A DNA stretch of 63,142 bases, counting the filler, from Craspedostauros australis (taxonomy: Eukaryota): NCBI GenBank assembly GCA_030167865.1. It is 17 parts of 17 records of this genome, joined end to end, with 100 filler letters (N's around TTAATTAATTAA, not from the genome) between each part and the next. Parts side by side here need not be neighbours in the genome. Positions count along the whole stretch, not along the records: positions 49,593 to 55,184 come from JALAGF010002318.1; positions 55,285 to 56,679 come from JALAGF010002319.1; positions 56,780 to 63,142 come from JALAGF010002320.1; 14 more parts are not named here. The stretch is one strand, 5' to 3'. The notes under the pieces are model-generated. The model saw nothing but the letters and a program-made list of their open reading frames with translations, made no database searches and was not told where the DNA came from. Of this stretch, positions 50,843 through 60,670 are shown in pieces. A program made the translations under genes and the position numbers. Each line of letters opens with the position of its first letter. The first letter of the stretch is position 1.

Positions 50843-53800
50843 TCACCCGTTTTTCTTTTGTCTCTTCTTGCGATTCCTGGTTTGCGTTTGGCGTCGAGGA
50901 GGTTGTTTTTTTGCTTTGCTTTTTACCTTGTTTCGTTGGAGGCTTTCGTAGTTGTCCTTCATCATGTCGTGCACGGTTAGCGTGTATGATATCGCTTGTT
51001 TTGATGGGCCGGTCAGATGTGCGGCGTACTCACCTTGTTTTGCAGTTTGTTGACGACCCTGACTCAATGATACCATCTGATTCTTCAGGATGGTGGAATT
51101 TTCCACCACGAAAGGAACGTATGGAAATTCTCCGCCTGTGTAGCCCCAAGCAACTGTGCTTTTCGCACCTGCAACGGTGAAGATCCGGTCTTCGCCAAAG
51201 AGAGGGTCCAGTTCCGGACTCGTCACTGCGATGCCATTCTTCAGGTACTTTAGCATGTCTGGACTTGTGTCCTTTGCGTAATCTTTGGCTTGGATACACA
51301 TCGTTCGCAAGCTGGGGCGCTCGCCGCTTGAGTCGGTTCCCGGCGGCTTCACAAGGAAAGTGACATAGGCGTCTGCGAATTTGCTGTTGCCGTCTGCAAT
51401 GGTGGTGAATGGCAGGACATAAGTATCTTTCACGTCGTCTGTAGTTGTGTCGTTGCTGTCGCCCGTGTCCATCGTGCTTGCGCTGTGAGTGGCAGTGGCC
51501 ATGGTGGAGCCAGAGAGTAGTTTTCCGACCCCTTGGAGCTTGCCGCAAATGCGGAGTAGCTCCTCATCGGCCAATATTGAATGGTTGGATGACAGTGTCG
51601 CTTGCATCTCGTCTGAAGGAACTCGCGCCAACGGAGTTACTTGTAAGGTTCCACCCTCACCAAACTGAGCCTTGTTCATTTTGTTAAATGCAGCACCCTT
51701 CTTTTGTACGACAGCATCCGTGATACGGTTTTGGTCTGCGACTGTCGTGACGGAAGTCATCATGGACTTGTTGAAGTAAACTCCAGGAATGCGCGGCCCT
51801 TCCAAGAGAAAGACAGCATGGGCGCCCTTGAGAGACCAAAATTGATCGCCAACGATTTCTGCCACAGGCTTCGGACCTCCCGTCGTTCCGCATGTGTAGG
51901 AGGAGGAAGGTGACGCAGCGGCTGCAGCAGCCACGGGATTTCCCGCGTTAGTCTTCTTGACGGTCATTCCAACCTTGCGGAGGGCAGAAAAGATATCTGC
52001 TTCCTGTTGGACAGTTGTGCCATGATTGTAGCCAAGAGCGGGAGCAGCAAGGACCCGCCCGTGCTTGTCCTTCTTGACGACCGAGGACGCGCCAATGGCA
52101 GCACTGACCAGCAGCCCGGTGAGAGTCTCGAAGCTGGTCGAGGTTGTCCCCAGGAACGACTTGTCCGTCGGAGCTTGTGTGCCGCCTTGAATGAGCCAAA
52201 GGCAAAGGAGCTGCATGGCACCACTGAGTTCGAATGGTTTTGCAACCGGCTTGTTTTCGGATTTGGCTCGAAATGGTTTGGCAGTCACCAAGCCATATTC
52301 AGCGACCAGCTTCTGCATGATGGTTTTGTTCTTGTCATCCTCGTTGACACGTTCGAAGCTGATCCCGTAATCCATTTCGCTCACGTGAATATCTTTGAGA
52401 CCGTGTGGGAAGGATGTAGTCTGCTGGAAAAGGAGGACTGCGATCGCTCGATGTGCTGTGAGCCGTGCAAAGGACGCTTCGTTCGACAAACTGAACATGC
52501 CGTTGCTTGCCATGAATTTGGCGAAGGTATGGGCAAGAATGGCACCCTGCTCCTGTGCATGAGTATTGGCCTTCTTGTTGGTATTCTCGTTGTTCTTTTG
52601 GAGCGTTTTTGCGCAATTCATGTAGACGGAGATCATCCGCGCGTTGGAATCGACTAGGGCCTTGAGCAGAGGGAACTGCTTGAGCTCGCCATACTGTGGT
52701 ATGATGGGGTCTGTTATGCCTTTTGTGTATGCTTGGCGAAGAATATCGTAGACTTCCTCAGGCTTGGCCTTCGCGGAGGGTTTCAAGTGGATGAAGTTGC
52801 TAGCTACAGATCCCACTGTTCCTTGCGAAGCACCGGTGCCCGCGATCGAGAAGAGGACGTTGACGGTGAGAGTTTTCAAAGGGTCTTCCAAACCTTCCAC
52901 CTTGAGCTTTGCTGGAGTTGCGCCTTCGTCAACCGACCCGACTTGGTGAAGACTTCCGTCAAAGTCGCATCCACACATGATGTATCTCCCCAACGTTGTC
53001 CCAAAATCTTCGTAGTCTCTGATGACGGCCTTAACGAGGTTTGGTTGACTACCTGCTTCGTCGATCGCAACGACAATATGGAGGGTCGCCATGCCATATC
53101 CACCTTGGTCCTTGCGCTTCCCGTCCAGTTCTTTGATGAAGCTGATGAGATCTTTCAATCCAAGAAAGTCGTCTGGTTTGAGTCCTTTGTCCCAAGTGGC
53201 TTTGACGGCATTCGTGAGGGCGCGTAAAGCATCTCTGCGTCGATAGGCTTTCCTGGTATTAGTCCGTTCCGTCTCGTCGTCGACGCCATGGAGGCCTACG
53301 TGGCCATCAGTGATCAACTTCACGTCCGCATTGAGGGTTATCATGATGGTGAAAAGAGCGTCTCTGGTGTATGCGCTCGCTGCGAGCTCCACGGTCTTCC
53401 CGCTACCACTCTCCTGGTGGTACACGCGAACTACGTTTTTCACAAGAGGCTGTTCAGTTTCTGTTACGGGGTGTTCAGAGATGAAGACGGTTGAAGGAGC
53501 CGCGCCGGGATCTCCTCCATGTCGAAACTTGGGCTTGCCGATGTAGTGTGCGTGCCCAGTCCCATTTGGGCCGTTGGTTGTTGAAGTGTACTCCAGACCA
53601 CGAAAGCCATCGGCGTCTTTACTGCGGATCTCCTGCAATCTCTTGAGAATTGCCTGGTGTGGGTTGTTGAGCTCGAGGCCGCTATCGTCGGTGGATGTCC
53701 GCGCAGCGTCGAGGATGCACTCGGGGATTAATCTGTTGACACGAAGGAAGGCCTTGAGCCAGGCCGCCAACGTAAAGTCCCCCACGGTCGTATGGTTGAG

Positions 53801-53998
53801 CCCGCGAAGAGAGTCGAACAGTTGTAGAGCGTCGCCGTCATTGCTTACCTGCGCCAAAATGTATCGGCGAAAAGCAAGTTCGGGTTCGTTTTGGAGATCA
53901 TCCCTCGCTTGGTTCCAGCGCTCTGCACGAAGATACGTCCCATTAAATTCTCTCAGCACACCAACATCTGCTTCTTCCGGCTGTGGAATGTCGTTCAT
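50843..53998 (-). CDS. P-loop NTPase plus C-terminal PD-(D/E)xK-like nuclease, Crinkler/RHS-type architecture (1051 aa)
   Basis: Intronless ORF. Walker A-like ESGSGKT, Walker B VVAIDEAG, AGTG motif, FADAYVTF...CIQAKDY, and a basic NLS-like tail. Confidence 0.75.
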   Translation of the reverse strand: MNDIPQPEEADVGVLREFNGTYLRAERWNQARDDLQNEPELAFRRYILAQVSNDGDALQLFDSLRGLNHTTVGDFTLAAWLKAFLRVNRLIPECILDAARTSTDDSGLELNNPHQAILKRLQEIRSKDADGFRGLEYTSTTNGPNGTGHAHYIGKPKFRHGGDPGAAPSTVFISEHPVTETEQPLVKNVVRVYHQESGSGKTVELAASAYTRDALFTIMITLNADVKLITDGHVGLHGVDDETERTNTRKAYRRRDALRALTNAVKATWDKGLKPDDFLGLKDLISFIKELDGKRKDQGGYGMATLHIVVAIDEAGSQPNLVKAVIRDYEDFGTTLGRYIMCGCDFDGSLHQVGSVDEGATPAKLKVEGLEDPLKTLTVNVLFSIAGTGASQGTVGSVASNFIHLKPSAKAKPEEVYDILRQAYTKGITDPIIPQYGELKQFPLLKALVDSNARMISVYMNCAKTLQKNNENTNKKANTHAQEQGAILAHTFAKFMASNGMFSLSNEASFARLTAHRAIAVLLFQQTTSFPHGLKDIHVSEMDYGISFERVNEDDKNKTIMQKLVAEYGLVTAKPFRAKSENKPVAKPFELSGAMQLLCLWLIQGGTQAPTDKSFLGTTSTSFETLTGLLVSAAIGASSVVKKDKHGRVLAAPALGYNHGTTVQQEADIFSALRKVGMTVKKTNAGNPVAAAAAASPSSSYTCGTTGGPKPVAEIVGDQFWSLKGAHAVFLLEGPRIPGVYFNKSMMTSVTTVADQNRITDAVVQKKGAAFNKMNKAQFGEGGTLQVTPLARVPSDEMQATLSSNHSILADEELLRICGKLQGVGKLLSGSTMATATHSASTMDTGDSNDTTTDDVKDTYVLPFTTIADGNSKFADAYVTFLVKPPGTDSSGERPSLRTMCIQAKDYAKDTSPDMLKYLKNGIAVTSPELDPLFGEDRIFTVAGAKSTVAWGYTGGEFPYVPFVVENSTILKNQMVSLSQGRQQTAKQGEYAAHLTGPSKQAISYTLTVHDMMKDNYESLQRNKVKSKAKKQPPRRQTQTRNRKKRQKKNG

Positions 53999-56429
53999 CT
54001 TGCTGTTGACAGCCGTTCGGCAGAAGTGATTGGAGGCGAAAGGGCGACAGCAACAAGAAACCGTGGAGTTGTGGTGTTGGTGTGAGTGTTGTTATGAGTG
54101 TTGGTGTCATCAATAGCAACAACAATGTTTGATTCTGCTCACCTTGTCTTGTCTTGTTCTGCCTTCGTGAGGACTCCAGTCAGGCTCCGTTCAGCGTTGA
54201 TTCCTTCGGTTGCCTCCGAACAGTGTTGGATCGTGTGCTGTTGTATGCTATCGAGTTGTGCGGTGGCAACAGCCCTGTTCGCTGCCTGCGATGAATCCGT
54301 CTGTGTACGAGTCTGTGTATGTGTCTGTGTGTGCGTGTTTTGTCTCAACGGCTCCGCTAGTGCTCCTCGACCAACCAACACCGCTACGGGGACTGTGTGG
54401 TCTGGAGAAGGCGTGGGTGGTTCTGAAGGTTGAGTGCTGTGGGTAGGGGATGTCGTTGTTGATGCGGATGATAGTGATGATGATGATGACGATGGCTGCG
54501 CTCTCTTGGATGCGTTTGCGAGTGCAGAACAAGGAAGGTCCCAAAAGAGTGATTTACGGGTACGTTCACAGCAGCGCCTTGTTGTTCTTGGTCTCCTCGG
54601 CTTCGTGTCTGTTTGAATCCGTGTGTACGTCTTTGTGCTGTTGCAACTACACGAAGAAGTCTCGCACAACACTCGGGTTTTGCTGCGCTGTCTCTCTTTC
54701 AGTGGTGTCTTCCCCCTTGTTGTTGTGGTGGTGGCAATTCTTACCCATTTTCGGCGGCGCGGGTTTCGGGTTTCGAAGTCCTTCGATGCGAACAGAAGCC
54801 CACGTACAACGATCGTCATTCTGTGTGCTGTCAGAACAAGTTTTGAGGCTGTCTGTGTCACAGTCTGGCCTTTGTCCGTCTGCGTGCACAGACACTCGCG
54901 TCACACTGTGACAACCACCACATTCGAGCACCGACTACCATGACTAACAAATTCGAACCACTGAATGTGCAGATTTAGTGCCAATTCACGAATCTGGCAG
55001 AATCCGAACGATGAGGGTCGATGGACAGACGATGCCGCACAAACCACGAGTAGAGCAACGGCGATGTCCGACTCAATCGACTGTAGCTTTCTTTGTTGAA
55101 TTGTTGAAATGTCCGGGTGCTGTAGACTTGTTGGTAAAAGTAGACTGTTTCTGTTGAGGGTTGGTAACCTTTTCTCTGTCAGTTNNNNNNNNNNNNNNNN
55201 NNNNNNNNNNNNNNNNNNNNNNNNNNNNTTAATTAATTAANNNNNNNNNNNNNNNNNNNNNNNNNNNNNNNNNNNNNNNNNNNNCCAATCCGATTCTGGT
55301 ATTGTCTTTCAAGTCGTAGCGCTTTGATTGATTGTTCCGCAAGTGCGCCATGTCACAGCCAAAAGCAGTAGAGTGTGGCGTTGTGTGGCAGACAACAAAG
55401 GGTTCGTGTGAGGTTGTGTTTCAGGTCGCTGCGCTTTGTCTCGGTCCGTCAAGCTCTGCGCACCACGTCATGTCACCACACAAACAAACACCCATCACAA
55501 AACTCACCATGATGCTTGTTGCAAGTGATATTGCTTTTCGTTCGATCAGTTGGTCTGCAGCTCGTTGCTGCAACTGCACTGCTGTTGCCTCCTCCTTTTA
55601 CTGTTGTTGTTGTTTATACTGATGCTACTGATGGAGTTGATGTCACTGTGGATGGTACTGTGATGTTGATGCTATCCAACTGTTGTGGTAATGATGCAAT
55701 GAGCACGGTCAACACCAACACTGCTGTTGGAGTGTGCTCGTGATTGATGTTGTTGCAAGCTTGCCTGGTGACCCACTGTGCTTGTACGTATCGTGGATCT
55801 AGCTGCTGCTGACGTGATACAGTTGCAGACGATGGTTGCCGCGTTGTCATCTCTTTCGCTCTGTTGGCTCTGATCGGTTGATTGGCCGAGTAGCTCACGA
55901 TCATCACATGTGACTACGAGTACTCGCTGTATTCGACTCTGATCTGCGATACCGTATTGGCGAGCCAACATCGCTGGGCTAGAGCACAGCATACATTCAG
56001 GGATAACTACCATGTCGCCACATGCAGCAGCAACACAACAACGAACAGCTGCATCTGTACCGAACAAGCACTCTCCTCTTGCCATGCCTGTCCACACGAA
56101 TTCGCAGCCTCCCACGGACAGTTGCAACTAATAGAGTATTCAAATTGAAACATAATACAACTATACATACATGCAGAAGAGCATTCGTACAAGGTCTGTT
56201 GTTGCAAGCATGCTTGTGTGCCAGGTCTCGCAGTGTGTGGGATGTCCTGCATGGTGCTGTATTGATGGTTCAGCTGGATTGTGCTTTGCACAGCATCGGG
56301 TGTTGCGAGCGGTGGGTTTTTGGGTGGGCCACATCAAAATGTGGCGTGGATTTGTTGTTGTTCGTGATTTGATGGATTTGTCTCACATGGACAACTGAGA
56401 GGAGGCATGCGAAGGAATCGAGTCATCCA

Positions 56430-56545
56430 CATGGGAAAACGAGCCAGCCGCGTGGGAAAACGAGCCAGCCGCATGGGAAAACGGGCTTGCTCCATGGGAA
56501 AACGAATCGATTCCATGGGAAATCGAGGCTGTCGCATGGGAATTT
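56430..56545. repeat. 21-bp-period array of CATGGGAAA x6
   Basis: Cores start at 56430, 56451, 56472, 56493, 56514 and 56535. Further copies in both orientations run up to the contig end. Confidence 0.92.
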
Positions 56546-56779
56546 TGATGCATTGTTTCCCACGGAGTCCAAGACAATCGATCGTATAAACTGTGCTGCC
56601 AGCTACGTACGTCTCAAACACATGGGAAAACGGAACGCTGCGCTCCCATGGGAACACAGAAATATCCCATGCATGAAGANNNNNNNNNNNNNNNNNNNNN
56701 NNNNNNNNNNNNNNNNNNNNNNNTTAATTAATTAANNNNNNNNNNNNNNNNNNNNNNNNNNNNNNNNNNNNNNNNNNNN

Positions 56780-56805
56780 GCAAGGCACGGGAAATTCGTT
56801 GAAAC
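56780..56805 (+). repeat. Left TIR GCAAGGCACGGGAAATTCGTTGAAAC
   Basis: The reverse complement of 63117-63142 is GCAAGGCACGGGAAAAACGTTGAAAC. Confidence 0.95.
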
Positions 56806-56948
56806 CGTGCCTGGAGAATGGACGTCTGTCCTCCACCCCACCCATGCCGTGTTCGACAGTGTCTCCGATGCGGACAAGTCAAAACCAATTGCAAGATCTT
56901 CATCCATGGAACGTTAAGTAGACGTTATATACGTACTACGAGGTATCT

Positions 56949-57102
56949 CTACTTTCATTGAAAGTAGACTAGTTTCATTGAAAGCGGATTAGTTTCATTG
57001 AACCGAGGTTAGTTTCATTGAACCGAGGTTAGTTTCATTGAACCGAGGTTAGATTCATTGAAACTAGGTTAGTTTCATTGAAAGCGGATTAGTTTCATTG
57101 AA
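56949..57102 (+). repeat. Left subterminal array: 8 units, 20-bp period, core TTAGTTTCATTGAA
   Basis: AGTTTCATTG or a variant at 56951, 56971 ... 57091, separated by variable 6-bp linkers. Confidence 0.97.
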
Positions 57103-57325
57103 TGTTCGCTGAGGTCCAATGATTCGTGTCTTGGCACATGGACCGATTCTGCCACGTTTGGACCTCCATTCTCGCAACGACGAAATCAGGCGCAAAATGA
57201 GCCAAACGTGCTCACAACAACAAATGCTTGCCCATGCTATGTGACACAATCAATATACGTGCCACAATCAGTAGAAGCAGGATTCGAGATACATCCACCA
57301 CAGGACGACTGTTGCTATTGTTATA

Positions 57326-57802
57326 TTAGCGCTTTGCGTTCTGATTGTCCTTTCTGCGTTGCTGCCAATACAAAGACTCGTATTTCGATCGTTTTGCTGC
57401 ATGAAAGTGTTTCCGAAATTGCTCCATAGGGAATTCCTGATAGCATGGCCGCTTTTGGTATAGTTGCTTGGGTGTAAGAGACTTCAAGAGTTCATCTTTG
57501 AAGTCTCTTCTCATCGCGTTCTGAGCTTTGGAACCATCCCATTTCAGCTTGCCTGTTGGCATTGACGTAATTGCCATTTTGCGGAAAGCAATGAGTGCAC
57601 TCTCTGCCTCCATTGCATCCTCCTCGTGCTTCTTCCACTTTTTTCGGAGGCGATTCAAGTTGTTGCGGAAGTTGGTGTACTTCACATTGGAGAAGTCAGC
57701 ATGCCTTTCATAGATTTCCTTGGGCTTCATCTCTTTCGTGATGGCCCCTGCCTTGAGCTCCTCCTCCAATATCTTCTTGGCATCAGACCATGTGAATGGC
57801 AT
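57326..57802 (-). CDS. Transposon accessory ORF-A: 158-aa basic protein made of two tandem helical repeats
   Basis: WSDAKKILEEELKAG..TKEMKPKEIYERHADFSNVKYTNFR is repeated as WDGSKAQNAMRRDFKDELLKSLTPKQLYQKRPCYQEFPMEQFR. The start may lie further upstream. Confidence 0.75.
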   Translation of the reverse strand: MPFTWSDAKKILEEELKAGAITKEMKPKEIYERHADFSNVKYTNFRNNLNRLRKKWKKHEEDAMEAESALIAFRKMAITSMPTGKLKWDGSKAQNAMRRDFKDELLKSLTPKQLYQKRPCYQEFPMEQFRKHFHAAKRSKYESLYWQQRRKDNQNAKR

Positions 57803-58654
57803 CTTGCTTTCTGCGTGACAATGATGCTGCTGATGATGCTGACGATGCTGATGCTGATGCCGATGATGATGCTGGTATCGAACTGTTGCCTTTGCCAATG
57901 CAGTTGCAGGTGTTGCTGCACAGACTGCTGTGAATGCTGGCGTGCAAAGGCTTGCGCACCAATGCCATTGGTGATCGCGATGCTGGAGCTGCTGTTACCT
58001 GGCTGTTGTTGTGTGGCCGTTGCTGCGATTGCGAATGGTGTTCCAGGTGTTGCAGTATGAGCTGACGCAAATTTTTGTGTGCAAATTGATGCTGTTATGA
58101 GTGCAGCTGTGGATGATGTTTCTGATGCTGCTCCAAGTCCGCAGTGCCACAGTGTCGATGTTATAGCTGGCGGACGAGTCACTCCCCTCCCCAGCTTGTG
58201 GCCATCCTCTTCAACTGGGCCAGCAGTGTTGCCACCAGTCTCACTGCCATGGTGTTCTTTGCCGTTGCCTTGGTTGATTCTGTTGCTGGCCGTTCGCGAA
58301 TGATGTGTATTGGTTGATCAATTGATCAATTGTTGGTTACCGTTGCCAGTATTGTTCCCAGTATCGTGTGTGTTAGCCATTGCTGTTGCAGTGATCGTCT
58401 GTTGTTCTGAATTGGTTGTGTTGCGGCTTTGCTTGTCATCGACTGTCGGTGATTGTGTGAGAATTTTGGAGTTCCACGTGTGTCATTGTCCGCGCTCGCA
58501 CGCAAAGTATCGTCCACGATTCGAATTCACGACACCATCCCACAAAGATGTTGACAGTGGCGCAGAAATTTTCGGTCGGTCTTGTGAGTTCGCCCAAATC
58601 ACGAGATGTGGGTTCGCCTTTATTTTGTCGTCACAAAAAGAAGCACAAGCAACC

Positions 58655-60576
58655 ATGAACAAACCAACCACCACCAACACCGCGCCCAGCACTCCGGCTC
58701 AGCGTGCCATCCGCAAACCGCCTTCCTCCCGCTCAAATTTGAAATCGATGGGACCGGAAGTCGACATCGCCATCTTGGACTTCCTCCTTGGTGCAAAACG
58801 CTTCGATAAATTCAAGCTGCACTGCGATCGATTCGAACATCTCCTCGGCAAGCCCGGTTCTGCACAGCGAGACGCTTGCAGACAACGCAAGTACTATCTT
58901 CAGAAGTATCTCGACAAGGCAGGGCTGCAGGCATTGCGCAAGGTGCAGCAGCAGGCAGTGGGTGAGAACGATCCCAATGCACCATGGGCATCAACGCCCA
59001 CTGCCAAATCAAAAACGAAGAGTCTCACAACACCATTAACATCAACATCGGCATCAACCCTCTCACCACAGCGACGACGCAAGATTCTCTTTTCCACCGA
59101 AGCCAAGATGACGACCAACGACGAAACCAGCACCACAATCTCCAACAACGAAGAAGGCGAGCACTACAACATTGATCTCGACCATCCTTTCCATCATGTG
59201 GAGAATACGATGATCTACCAGATGGATGATGTCATCCAGGAGGGCAGATCGTTCGACTGCCTCATCATCCGCAAGCTGTTCGTCGACAAGGATGACATTG
59301 ATCAGATCAAGGCATCCATCTGTGACGAGGGTACCTGCATCAAGATCCAAGAGCCAGCCATCCCATCGTTGATGCTGGAAACCAGCACAGATGCAATGTT
59401 CATGCAGCGAAAGGGAGCTCCTGATGGCAATCTCGCACGTGAGAAGCTCCTTTTCCATAAGCTGGTTAACCGTGAAACCACTAAGGGAGTCGGCTCCAAG
59501 TACACCTACTTCCATTGCCCAGATGGAATGATCCTGAGCGCCAACTTCTTCCAGAATGAAGTCGAGTGCCTCACCAAGACGTACTGTCCAACGCCAAAGG
59601 TGTTGGTCCACAAGGCAACGAATGCCCAGCTCAAGATCCCAACAAATGTGGTGTGCTGGAGAGTTGCAATCGCTGGATTTCATGGCAAGGTCGGGCTGTG
59701 CAACCCCAACACCGAGAACGTCGACGATGCATTCTTTGGGATGCTCTCAAGCACTGGTGAGTAACCATGGAAGTCCCCCAATTCAATTGACTTGTTCGGT
59801 CATGCATTATGATGCAATCACATCTAATCCGCACTACTCTAGAGTACTCACTATCATTTCACCTATCATCTTCTCTCCTTTCGCCATTCTGTGTCCGAGC
59901 AATTGATGATGTAGCAAACCTGACTATCAAAACAGGCGGCGCGGACAAGATGGACGTCGACAGCTCTCCCACCCCGTCCACAGTCCCTTCGAGCAGCAAC
60001 AGCAGCAGCACGCCCCTGCCAGGAACCGGAGTGGCATCCGTGATCGTCCCTCCAAAGATCGACAGAATCTCCGAAGTGGTGAACGCTCCAACCGCTCCAA
60101 AGGCCAACAGCAAGTTTGGAGTGGTGAACACTCCAAGCCCACCACACACTAACCCGACGATCCATGGTGCGAATGCGGGTGAGATGACCTTCCCAGACGC
60201 TCCGGGGTCCGCATTACAAGTCCCTCTCCCTGGTCAAGACGGCTTCGATGGGCTCAACTTTCCGGATGTTCCAGCATCCACGTTGGATACTCCTGCTCCA
60301 AACCAACTTGCCTTGGCCATGGCTGCACCAACACTCGTCCGCGAACCTATTGTTTGTTCTGTTCCTCCCGCTCCTCATACCCTTGTGGTTCGCGGCAACG
60401 ATACCATCATGGGTGATGAAGGGCATCACCTCAAGCGTGCGATTTCGGACATCGGCGTATGCTCACCGAAGAAGTTGAAGCATGCAGAGGATGCCGCTCT
60501 CAATCAATCTACCAAGGAGCAGTCACCCACTGATGACATTGATGAAGATGATCCTCTCAATGCTTACTTCTCTTAG
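58655..60576 (+). CDS. Transposon accessory ORF-B (about 587 aa if spliced 58655-59756 and 59915-60576)
   Basis: ACCATG start. A GTGAGT donor at 59757 and a TAG acceptor at 59912-59914 join in frame to a Pro/Ser-rich second ORF. The unspliced form stops at 59764. Confidence 0.75.
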
Positions 60577-60670
60577 ATATCACAATACCGATACACAGGA
60601 GTCATAAGTTTCATGAAACTACCAACACACACGAGTGCTCTAATAAGTTGAAGAGTATGTCAGTATTTAC

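Noticed and set aside
54139..54861. 240-aa ORF upstream of the NTPase-nuclease gene
   Set aside because: Low-complexity CA-rich sequence typical of leaders here, a non-ATG start and no motifs.
56949..57102. CRISPR-like reading of the constant-core/variable-linker arrays
   Set aside because: Linkers are only 6 bp and often repeated, there are no cas genes, and the context is a eukaryotic transposon.
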